This document shows, in pieces, positions 22,291 to 33,625 of a DNA stretch of 64,000 nucleotides. A program made the translations under genes and the position numbers. Within the stretch, counting starts at the first letter, position 1; each line of letters opens with the position of its first letter. The notes under the pieces were generated by a model that did no database searches, was not told the origin of the DNA, and saw only the letters and a program-made list of their open reading frames with translations. Where the stretch lies: positions 1,614,480-1,678,479 of the forward strand of contig NW_003314264.1 of NCBI RefSeq assembly GCF_000143415.4. The letters run 5' to 3'. The stretch comes from Selaginella moellendorffii (lineage: Eukaryota > Plantae > Lycopodiophyta).

Positions 22291-23040
22291 TTACGCGTCA
22301 CTGCCAGTGTTGGCAGGACACTTTGAGGAGAATCCTAGAGTGCCATTGCTGTGCGAACCACGAGTGTGAGCTTCCAGCTGTTTCTTCTCAGTCGGAGGAT
22401 CGTCCACCACAACTTCGATCTGCCACCCGGGATCCTGAAAGATCACATTACTGCGCTGCTTCCTTCGAGATAACATCCATCGCACGAGCAAAAAGCACGC
22501 GAGCAGCACCAAGATCGCAACCAAAACCCAGAGAAGAAGCTGGAGCAGCGACCACGGCGTCCTCCGAACCACTGTAACTACTGCTGCGGGTGTTGGTGTG
22601 GCCACTGCTGCGTCGTGACCGTCGCGACGACGATGGTGGTGGTGGTGGTGGTGGTGGTGGTGGTGGTGGTTGTGGCGTCCTCCATGGTGGTGACCATGGT
22701 GGTGACCATGGTGATGGTGGTGAACAACCAGAGGAGCTCCATCACCGTGATGATGATGGTACACTGGATGGTGGTGGCGAGCATGATCAAGGATAGCAGG
22801 CGCTGGAGCTAGATGAGCAGGGTGGCCGTGAGCAGGGTGAACGAAAGCAGCTGGCGCTGGGGCTCGATCTTGAAGAACTGGAGCTAAAGCTGGTGCTGGC
22901 TCGTGGCCTTGGTGTCCATGGTGGTGTGCTGGATGTGCTAGAGTTGGAGCTCGCGGGTGTAAAGCTCGGTGATGGCCGCCATGCCAGGGCGCTTGAGCTC
23001 GGCGGGCAAGCATTAGGGCGGCGTGAGCACCAGAGACCAT
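22291..23040 (-). CDS. His/Pro/Ala-rich single-pass membrane protein, copy 2 (249 aa, H12 tract)
   Basis: Open ORF with ~48 His in the N-terminal ~143 aa and APAPA repeats. TM LLQLLLWVLVAILVLLACFLLV is followed by RRKQR. Indels between copies are all in frame. Confidence 0.78.
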   Translation of the reverse strand: MVSGAHAALMLARRAQAPWHGGHHRALHPRAPTLAHPAHHHGHQGHEPAPALAPVLQDRAPAPAAFVHPAHGHPAHLAPAPAILDHARHHHPVYHHHHGDGAPLVVHHHHHGHHHGHHHGGRHNHHHHHHHHHHHHRRRDGHDAAVATPTPAAVVTVVRRTPWSLLQLLLWVLVAILVLLACFLLVRWMLSRRKQRSNVIFQDPGWQIEVVVDDPPTEKKQLEAHTRGSHSNGTLGFSSKCPANTGSDA

Positions 23041-23571
23041 GGCTTACCTGACGAGAGCTTCGACAATAGAAAAATCCAAGCAAGAAAGGTTATAACCTAA
23101 CCCTTGACTTAGAAAAACTTTTGGCTTTGTGAAAAAAAAAACGAGTAGACTCGAGAGCTGGTGACGCTGTAAGTGCCATCGGGCTTGAGCATGCCAAAGA
23201 GCCAAAACCTAGATGTGAACAGCGATTTAATCTCACAATCACGAAATGCTCTAGGTACAAATATTTCAAAAAGAGAAAACAACTTTAATTTGATGGCAAC
23301 TCCTTTTTAGGCTCAATCCTAATGTAGTGAACGAAACTTTTTTACTTGCTTTTCAAACCTCTGGAAACTTGGCACTCATTGAATGCAAGTCATGGTGGAG
23401 ACACAAGCCATCAGCATGCACAAACTACTTCCCTTTGAAAAAAACTGGGAAAAAGAAACACAAGATAAATGTCTATCCATTGCTGTTTACGGTGCAACAT
23501 CCATCCATAGCTCCCTCAACACCAGTAAAATTGGTCAAAACACCTGGAATGAACCAATAATCGAACATAGT

Positions 23572-23644
23572 TGGAGATACTGGGTATCGATCCCAGTGCC
23601 TCTCGCATGCTAAGTGAGCACTCTACCATCTGAGCTACATCCCC
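23572..23644 (-). tRNA. tRNA-Ala(AGC), possibly a pseudogene (one anticodon-stem A-C mismatch)
   Basis: GGGGATGTAGCTCAGATGGTAGAGTGCTCACTTAGCATGCGAGAGGCACTGGGATCGATACCCAGTATCTCCA; perfect T-stem and G3:U70. Confidence 0.85.
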
Positions 23645-26600
23645 TTAGCAAAGAAAGGGGAGTGCTAATCTTTTCTCTTCACCATTCTAATACTCATCCT
23701 TGGAGATTCTGGCATCTTTTGTTGCATTTCAAGAGCCTTTTGAGTGATGAGCTTTGGAAAGACCACCATGTCCAGCAGGTTTCTATAGGCAAGCAGCTGC
23801 ATCTGCAGGCAACCATAAAGAATGTTACTAATGTTTATAATAATAATACATAATATAGTAATAGTATTCACAAGAGGAGGACGAAAAGAGAGTGTTATTC
23901 AAGAGGATGAGTAAAGCAATACAAATCAATTGGTTAAACACTAATATTATTTGGTATTTTGGTTTGCTAGTAAACATATTTAGCTACATAATTGTATAGC
24001 TAAAAGTCTTTTAAAATGAGTATACAAAATTTCAAAATTGGAAATGTCACCTTTACATTCTTTCAAAGTTTAAATGCATTTTCTTTTGGTCTCTCATAGC
24101 CTCTGAACAAACAAATAGAGATATTGGGCACGCTTGATCAATTCAAAGAAACTAATTATTAAAAGATTACTAGGTGATGGATTTTGTTTCAAGGTGGCCT
24201 CTCTCCATTAAGCATGTTGTCCTACCTGGATCTTGTATAAAAACCAAACTAATGCCTTTAAAACTTGTAAGTTGTAACAAGGAAATCAATGCCTTCCTAT
24301 TGACCTCAAAACTTAATGTACTTCTAAGCATATCTGCTAATAAAGAGAGCCAGCTCAACAAAAGGAGTCATTAAAAAAAAATTAAATTTTTTTGGTACAC
24401 TAAAGAATATTTTCGTAATGTTTTAGTGGCAAACACGTATTTTAAACAAAATAGTAATTTAAATAATATTTAGATCTTGTGAGGTCTAAGTGTACGACTA
24501 CAATACCATATACTAATATTAGAGTAGTGGGACCACTCGCTCCTGTATATAAACTAAGGTTTTTGGGTTAATTAATATGCATATTTTCTGTATCCTTTTC
24601 CATATTTTATACATTCACATTGGTGAAGATATGGGGCACTTTTAATTGTCTTTGAAAAGTGCTTGAATTTGGGATTTTTGGTTTAGATCTACCTTTTGCA
24701 TCATCTAAATCTAGCTTTTTTCATTTCCTTTCTTTTATTTTCTCCTTTCAAAATTTAGTTTTTTGCATTGTCTAGATCTCCCTTTCCTTTTAGCCTTTTT
24801 TCATCTCTCTTCTTTTTCTCTTTTCTTTTCATTCATCTTGATGGCAGATTCTCCTCCTTTGACTTTGGAGTAGCAATTGGTACAATTGCTTGATGCTATG
24901 CAATTGTAATTGAATAGCCAAACTTAATTGATGGTAGCATTAATATCACGTAGTACAACTCCTCCTGTTCTTGGTGCCAATTCTTGCTTTCAGTTCATGG
25001 GAATCCTAGGGATTATGTGTACCATTGATTTGATCACGTCACGGTGATTACCACATATCATTCTTGGGATAATACTTCACGTTTGCGTGAATTTCCCACA
25101 TGTTTTCAAGGGATGGCATTGGAGTGGTACAATGGTTTGAGCACAGCCACTTGTAGGGATTGGAGTGTTCTTTTGGACGTCTTTAAATATGTATTTAGAC
25201 ATGTTGATGATTGTGATGATGCTTTCCAACAATTGCATCATCTTTGTCAAGGGCTATCTGAGTCAATGATGCAATTTGGTGTTCGTTTCCAAAGCTTTTT
25301 GCTTCATGCAAAGCCAAATATATTGGAGCGGTTCAAACTAAGAATGTTGTGGCTAACACTTCGTCAAGATTTTGTCGGACTTATGCATGCATTTGCTCCC
25401 ACCACCCTTGACGATGTTTTTTGCTTGGCATAATGTTATAAAACATTGCCTCTTCCACTTCTCACTTCACGTTTTTCAGCTCCATTTCCTATGGGTGATG
25501 GTCTTGTTCCAATGGAGGTTGATGCTGCTACTGCTTAAGTCCAAGGACAAGGGTGAGGCTGTGGTCGTGGCCATGATATTTGTTATTGGGCATGTGATGA
25601 AGTTGGTCACATTTATCGGCGTTGTTGGTGTTTTCCAAATTGGTGGCCACCATTTCTTGGGTGGAGACCTTGGTGTCAACAACATCTCATTGGTGCTGTT
25701 ACAATGAAAGGTTTGAACACTGAGATGCATCTGGGAAACAAGGAGTCACACAAGTAACGGAGAGACCTTGAGTGAATAAGTCAGTGACCCCTCCATATTT
25801 CTTTCGGGAGTATCATCAAGGGGTTCACTTGGCACCAGTTCATCCAATGTTTACTTTCCAAACTCGTTTTAATAACAAACAGTCTCCTATTATTGGTTGA
25901 GACATGTTTGAATTTATCTTTTATTGCTCGACCTGTTGCCACACGTTGCCATCTACACTTGCATCATGCAGTGGAGTTAGTTTTCATTCTTTATGGCAAC
26001 AGCCGTACACATGCATATGCACGGGATGAGGCGGATTTAGTTGTGTGTGTGGGTGATCTTGAACTTGGGTTGCAATCATTACGGGTGTGTAAGCGACTAA
26101 TTTTTCCATTCTACTTTAGTCACTTAACCACACCTCCGACCATTTGGAGGAGTCTCATTCACAACCTCCATAAGTCCCATTCCGGACTTGGGGCTTGCTA
26201 GCCCCGAGAATGGCATCCATGCCACTCAACCTTTGCACTTGGTCCAAGTGCTCCACGTGTCCGATCCCATGACCGACACCCAAAGGTACCACTGACATCT
26301 CGGCCCGTTACACTAAGGCCATGCCCATTCACCTTTGTTGCGCAAATGGTCCAATACCACTTGCATCACCATCCCGTCTCTCCAAGACTGGGCCATCTGT
26401 CTACGAGGGGTCATCCTAGATCCACTCCTTAGCATCCTTAGGATGCCCACAGACCTGGGGAATCGCCTTCCCCAAAGTCCCTTTGTCAGTTCCTACCAAG
26501 TCCCTTTCTGCCCCTGGCCGTGTTTGCCAACACTGCCACTGGATCGAGGCCCACAGGCCCGACCACTAAGTCCCACGATCCTCTGGGACTTCCTCACCAC

Positions 26601-27087
26601 ACGACTGTGTCCTTGGTCACTATCCCAGAGGACTGCTCCTCTTCCTTTCCACAGTCTGGGCCTTTGGGACGACATTTCGGAACACCGTGGCCTTACGCGA
26701 GCCACCTGGGTACTCTCCCCACCTATCGCCTTTAGGTGCTCTAGCCATGGGCTTAGAGTGAGGTTCTGTTGAGCCACGCCTGGTATCCAAGTAGGTAGTG
26801 CCACCCACACTTGGACTGGGAGCATCGGCCAGTCGATCTCCCAGGGGAACTAGAGCCGGCTCTTGAACACTTCACCAAGCTACCCCGCTTGTCGGTCCGT
26901 ATTCACTCTAGTCTTGGACTTCCCAGTGGTCAGTTCATCACCCAACACTGGGTCTGGCCTTCCTGGGCCAAACTGGCCTTTCCTGGCCAAACTGGCTCCA
27001 CTCCAGTCCTCCCCCCCACTATACTTTTGGAGCTCACCAAACCCCCCAGGGTCTAGGAGACGAACGCTTTGGGCTTTCACCCTCTCA

Positions 27088-27713
27088 GACTCGAACTCGG
27101 ACTCGGACTCGGACTCAGACTCAGACTCGGACTCGGACTCGGACTCGGGCTCGGGCTCGGTCTCAGCCTTGGCCTCGGTCTCGGTCTCGGTCCCGGTCCC
27201 GGTCTCGGTCTCGGTCCCGGTCTCGGTCTCGGTCTCGGTCCCGGTCTCGGTCTCGACCTCGGACTCCATCTCGGGTCCTTCTCGGACTCCATCTCGGACT
27301 CCATCTCGGACTCCGTCTCAGTCCATCTCGGACTCCATCTCGGACTCCGTCTCGGTCCATCTCGGACTCCATCTCGGGTCCATCTCGGACTCCGTCTCGG
27401 TCCACCTCGGACTCCATCTCGGACTCCATCTCGGACTCCATCTCGGGTCCATCTCGGACTCCATCTCAGACTCCATCTCGGGTCCATCTCAGACTCCGTC
27501 TCAGTCCACCTCGGACTCCACTTCAGGTCCATCTCGGACTCCATATCGGACTCCATCTCGGACTCCACTTCGGGTCCATCTCGGACTCCATATCGGACTC
27601 CATCTCGGGTCCATCTCGGACTCCGTCTCGGTCCACCTCGGACTCCACTTCGGGTCCATCTCGGACTCCATATCGGACTCCAACTAGGGTCCGCCTCGGA
27701 CTCCATCTCGGAC
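27088..27713. repeat. Compound 6/11/12-bp minisatellite in the 3' LTR
   Basis: (GACTCG)n, (GTCTCG/GTCCCG)n, then (GGACTCCATCTC/GGGTCCATCTC)n. Confidence 0.93.
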
Positions 27714-30700
27714 ACTTCCACGTGTCATGTGTTGGTCCTTTTTGGGTCCCTTTTTGGAGCCTCGCTTATTGCTCGCTTCATGCTTGTTCCTCGAGCACTT
27801 TTGTTGGGAATTCCACTCCCGCTCTCAACCTTCCAAGTCGGAGCTTTTAGTCCAAACGTATTACGCTCGTTTGGCTTTTGCTTCGGCCACTACCACATGG
27901 CACCCTTCCGGCTCCACTTTGGGGCCTAGGGATTTTGTGTCTCACAACTCCACCACCCATAGACGAAGTTCAATGTCCTCATCAAACGGTAAACCATTTT
28001 ATAAAGTAACACCCGCATGTGTTACCATTTCCATCCTTGGCACCTAGCCAATATTTGTCAATGGTTTGACATTGAAGGCTCACCATGCCTTGCCCATCCT
28101 CTAAGGTGGATCGTCTCTCCAACTTAGAGACTCACTTGACCACCTGGGGTGGGTTGCTCCTTTTTATTGGTTCAGTTCTCGCTAAACCCGTGAGAGATAC
28201 CCTCTCTAACTCAATTCCACTACTCATTCTTGAGTAGTCACAGATTCCATTGATCTACCTTTGCACTTTGGAATGTTTACTTTTGACTTCTTGAAGTCAA
28301 TTTCCTAGGTGTCTCTGACACCTTGCCTTGCACATTTTGTGCAACTCCACTTCCCCTCCTAGGAAGTTCTGCACTCGAGGGCACCCTCATCCTCTTTTCT
28401 ATTTTTGTGCCACCATTGGCATTACGTTCCATTTATCATTATTTGTGCTAGGGCTGTCCACGGCCCTATCTTTTGGCTATTTAGTTGCTCCCTCACTTGG
28501 AGCCTTTCTTTTGCCAAATTGGAGCACTTGGGAATCCATCCTTGGAAGTCCACTTCTTTTTCCGCAATCCGTTAGCATCAAACACATTAGTGTTCCTTGG
28601 CTAACTTTGCCACTTGGATTCTTTCCAATGGATTCCACGGCCCTATCTTGGGCACTCGTCTTTCGCTCCTATCCTTGGATTGTTGCACCAAGCAACATAG
28701 GATCATTACCTCCCTCCTTGAGGTATTCTTTTGATTCCATAGCAAAGACTTTACTTTGCCAAGTCCAAAGGGTGCTCACCCCTAGTACGTCTCTTTAGCA
28801 TTTCCTCCTGTGGGCTCTATCCACGGCCCAACTTTTGAGACCCTCCCTTGGATCTTTTATAGAGACTATTTTCCTCGGACTTACTATGCCATAGCCGTGA
28901 CATAGCTCATTTCCCATAGGTGCTCTTCCCACTTGGTCCCTTTGACCAAGCCACACCATTATCAGTAGTTCAAATCAACACCTTGAACTAGGAATCATAT
29001 CCCTTAACCCAAACAAAGACCTTGTCCTTGTTTAGCCACAAGATCACCTAGTGATCTCATCTTGACCCCTTAATAGGTCTACCAATAGGGACTAGGTCTT
29101 CCAGACCCTTCTAAATTGTTGACTATGACCCCGGGGGCATCCCCCACACTTGGCGGTGTGCCCAAGCCAGCCCTTCTGGCCAAGGATCCATAGCAACTGG
29201 GACTAGGTGTCCCCATCTCATTCACCACGTCCTTGGTGCCCTTTGCACCAAAGTGTTCAAGTTAGATATGCCGAGCTTTCACTCTAAACAATCTAACCGT
29301 GTATCACGACTCCGAGGCATCCCTCACTTGGCGGTGTGCCCAAACCAGTCCCCTCACTGAGAGTCCATGACCACCGAAATATGAGTGTCCTCATATTCCA
29401 AACCATCACCACGCCCTAGTGATTTGGGACTCGAACCCAAGCACTATAGGGTCGGGACTTGAACCCAACCTCCGTATATGCATCTATAGACGGCATCACC
29501 TAGGATGCCTGGCGTGACTCCCCACGCCAGTGCACCAACTTATACTCAAAGTGCGCTACAGATCACAGCTTAGGAACCTAGTTCCTCCACATTGCCAAGT
29601 CCTCTCACTTGACAAGTCTGTGATCATGCATGGACTCCTCCATGCTTGGCCCCATGGCCCACCCTTTTTGAAGTTATCACCTTCAACTAGGGTATTTGTT
29701 CCCCTGACTTGCCAATCTCGCTTTGGCAAGTCCTCCGACCACTGTAACATGGTTCCTGCACAAGCGTGAAAGCTCTTGATCATCGACTTTTGTTCAAAGC
29801 CCTCTCTTTGAACACTCAAGAACTACTTCCCTAACCTTGATAGCCTTGCCTCATGGCAAGCTTCAAGACCACGCTTCTGCTGCGCCACTCTGATTTCGCG
29901 CGTTCCATGAACCATTTACACTTGGCCTTTCTAGGTACTAAGCTACCTAGAATCGCCTTTGGGAACCTTGAAGGAACTCTGTCCCTCAGCTTGCTAAGGC
30001 CTCCCTTTTTGCAAGCCTTCCAAATGCCACATAGTCTAACATGGACAATTCCATATTTTAGACTCTCCATGGCATCACGGTTGCTAGCGGCAACACCCTT
30101 GAGCCCCCACTTGATTCTCCACTCCCAGCTGGCATAACCAACCTTGGTTATGCCCTTTGATTCCTACGGTTCGGTTCTATCCCCTTACTTCTTGCTTTTT
30201 GGCTTCACACCTTTCCTTTGGTCATTCTCCTCCAGACCAGGAGGATAGCTTTGCACTTTCTATCTTGCTTTAGCAAGTATTCTTAGGGATGAACCTACCC
30301 AATAGCCTAGGGAGTGGTTCCTCAATCCGGGTATGCTCACCTTATAATCCCACACACTGGGATTACATTGTTGCTTATGGGCCTTTACATGCCCATCACT
30401 AGCCTTGCCAAAATTCCATTTTTGGCTTTGTCCAACTCGGGTAGACAGTCCTCTCCTGTCTCCGCAACCTTGGACATTTGGATAGCACCTTCTATCCATC
30501 ATTCACTAGGGACTTAGTCCCTTGGGCTTTATCCATTGCCCTCGCGACATCAAACACCACCTTCTGGTGTTCTAGAGTGTTCGGGTGTCCCAATGATGGC
30601 TTTCTTGACAATGAGTATTTCCTTTTATGACATTGACTTACTATATCGCAACACAAGCAACTTATCCCCCTTAAGGGTATATCCAACTTCCCTATGCTAT

Positions 30701-33018
30701 TAAGAAGTCTTGGGTAGCTACCTTCTACCCGTTTAACCAGTTATTTTGCACCTCTTGCTTAGTTGCCTCATAGTTGTCAAGTCCTACAACTCATTGCTTG
30801 GTGCTTTCACACCTCCATCATTATCTGGGTCACCACACTCCAACTGCATGCTCTGCAACTTAGGCTATGCTATTCCCATTTTCATTGGGATTCCTTTGGC
30901 AAGGGGTTCTCATGAACCCACCAACATAGCCTCAAGGTATCACACTTTGGCACATTTGGTGTCTCCACACCATCGGCTCCACGAGCCTACCTCTATGACA
31001 TTTCCCCTTCGTGTCTAAGTCTTTGCCAAGACCAACACCGCTCTTTCTTATGCCAACCATCCATTAGCACTGCACCATAGAGGTCACACACAACTTTATG
31101 TCAAAGTTGTTTTCTTCTGGGAACACCTTTCCCATAACTTTAGCATGGCACATTCTGCCATTGATGAGATACCCTCTATTCTCATCCTTGGATTCTATGA
31201 TCCCCCCCCATCCTTTGTGGGGTACAACACACCTCAGTCCAAATGCTTCCATCAGTCCTTTTAGGACCATCCGTTGACTCTACTTGAGTCATCCAGCAGT
31301 TTTGGACTTGGTTAATCCACAGACCCGTAAGGTCCTACTTGTGAGGCACTAGCTCACTGGAATACACTTCTTGCATTCCTGTCCTACTCAAAAGGACTAT
31401 TTTCACAAGTGTTACTCCGACACTTGATTTTGTTCTCTGGGGGCAACCTTTGCCCCTTAGGACTACTTGTCCATGTGATGAGAACACCAACTCATCCACT
31501 TAATACACCCCCAACTCCTTGGGTTGTTCCAGCATTTATTAGAGGTAGCCCCGGCTACCTTTTCAAGGGCTTGAGTCCTCTTCCGTATTTGACCTCCCAC
31601 GGTCATTACTTTTGGTCTCACATTCATGAGCACCAACCTCAACTATATGAGGAAAATCTTGTGATTCCTTTATTGCTTTGGAGTCTTTATCTTTCCCGTG
31701 ATCCCAACTGTAGTTGTTTACCACAACTACATTAGCCAGTTTGCTAAGTCAAACGCTCATCTGGATCACATCCTCAACTTTTTTTTGAGGAAAACCATAT
31801 ACTGTTCCCAAGATCCCAAAGTCGCTCCATTATTGGCCCTTTTCTATCCACCACCCCGTCTACAAGTTCACACATGAACTGTAATGGAGAGCCATGTCTT
31901 CCCGACTTGCTACTCCTCAAGGATAGGCCCACTCCTCGGACCTTCCGATGCCAACACTAGTGGTGATATACTTAAGCACCAATAAAAGTCGGACTAAGGA
32001 ACAGCTCTGATACCAAATTGTAAGCGACTAATTTTTCCATTCTACTTTAGTCACTTAACCACACCTCTGACCACTTGGAGGAGTCTCATTCACAACCTCC
32101 ATAAGTCCCATTCCGGACTTGGGGCTTGCTAGCCCCGAGAATGGCATCCATGCCACTCAACCTTTGCACTTGGTCCAAGTGCTCCACGTGTCCGATCCCA
32201 TGACCGACACCCAAAGGTACCACTGACATCTCGGCCCGTTACACTAAGGCCATGCCCATTCACCTTTGTTGCGCAAATGGTCCAATACCACTTGCATCAC
32301 CATCCCGTCTCTCCAAGACTGGGCCATCTGTCTACGAGGGGTCATCCTAGATCCACTCCTTAGCATCCTTAGGATGCCCACAGACCTGGGGAATCGCCTT
32401 CCCCAAAGTCCCTTTGTCAGTTCCTACCAAGTCCCTTTCTGCCCCTGGCCGTGTTTGCCAACACTGCCACTGGATCGAGGCCCACAGGCCCGACCACTAA
32501 GTCCCACGGTCCTCTGGGACTTCCTCACCACACGACTGTGTCCTTGGTCACTATCCCAGAGGACTGCTCCTCTTCCTTTCCACAGTCTGGGCCTTTGGGA
32601 CGACATTTCGGAACACCGTGGCCTTACGCGAGCCACCTGGGTACTCTCCCCACCTATCGCCTTTAGGTGCTCTAGCCATGGGCTTAGAACGAGGTTCCGT
32701 TGAGCCACGCCTGGTATCCAAGTAGGTAGTGCCACCCACACTTGGACTGGGAGCATCGGCCAGTCGATCTCCCGGGGGAACTAGAGCCGGCTCTTGAACA
32801 CTTCACCAAGCTACCCCGCTTGTCGGTCCGTATTCACTCTAGTCTTGGACTTCCCAGTGGTCAGTTCATCACCCAACACTGGGTCTGGCCTTCCTGGGCC
32901 AAACTGGCCTTTCCTGGCCAAACTGGCTCCACTGCAGTCCTCCCCCCCACTATACTTTTGGAGCTCACCAAACCCCCCAGGGTCTGGGAGACGAACGCTT
33001 TGGGCTTTCACCCTCTCA

Positions 33019-33625
33019 GACTCGAACTCGGACTCGGACTCGGACTCGGACTCAGACTCGGGCTCGGGCTCGGTCTCAGCCTTGGCCTCGGTCTCGGCTC
33101 GGTCCCGGTCCCGGTCTCGGTCTCGGTCCTGGTCTCGGTCTCGGTCTCGGTCCCGGTCTCGGTCTCGACCTCGGACTCCATCTCGGGTCCTTCTCGGACT
33201 CCATCTCGGACTCCATCTCGGACTCCGTCTCAGTCCATCTCGGACTCCATCTTGGACTCCGTCTTGGTCCATCTCGGACTCCATCTCGGGTCCATCTCGG
33301 ACTCCGTCTCGGTCCACCTCGGACTCCATCTCGGACTCCATCTCGGACTCCATCTCGGACTCCATCTCGGGTCCATCTCGGACTCCATCTCGGGTCCATC
33401 TCAGACTCCGTCTCGGTCCACCTCGGACTCCACTTCAGGTCCATCTCGGACTCCATATCGGACTCCATCTCGGACTCCACTTCGGGTCCATCTCGGACTC
33501 CATATCGGACTCCATCTCGGGTCCATCTCGGACTCTGTCTCGGTCCACCTCGGACTCCACTTCAGGTCCATCTCGGACTCCATATCGGACTCCAACTAGG
33601 GTCCGCCTCAGACTCCATCTCGGAC
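33019..33625. repeat. Compound minisatellite in the 5' LTR
   Basis: Same units as 27088-27713 with a different copy number. Confidence 0.93.

Noticed and set aside
22578-22812. Poly-Thr, poly-Gly and poly-Val ORFs overlapping the His-rich genes (also ~41260-41490 and ~47860-48085)
   Set aside because: These are alternative readings of the (CAC)n tract; only the His frame gives a long ATG-initiated ORF with a TM segment conserved in all copies.
27250-27713. Regular short repeats as a CRISPR array
   Set aside because: There are no unique spacers or cas genes, and the context is a eukaryotic LTR.
26863-27929. Long Ser-Asp, Ser-Arg and Leu-Gly ORFs in several frames (also 32742-33762), resembling SR or SD-repeat proteins
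   Set aside because: They arise from a stop-free minisatellite in the LTR, are open on both strands, and their frames differ between the two LTRs.
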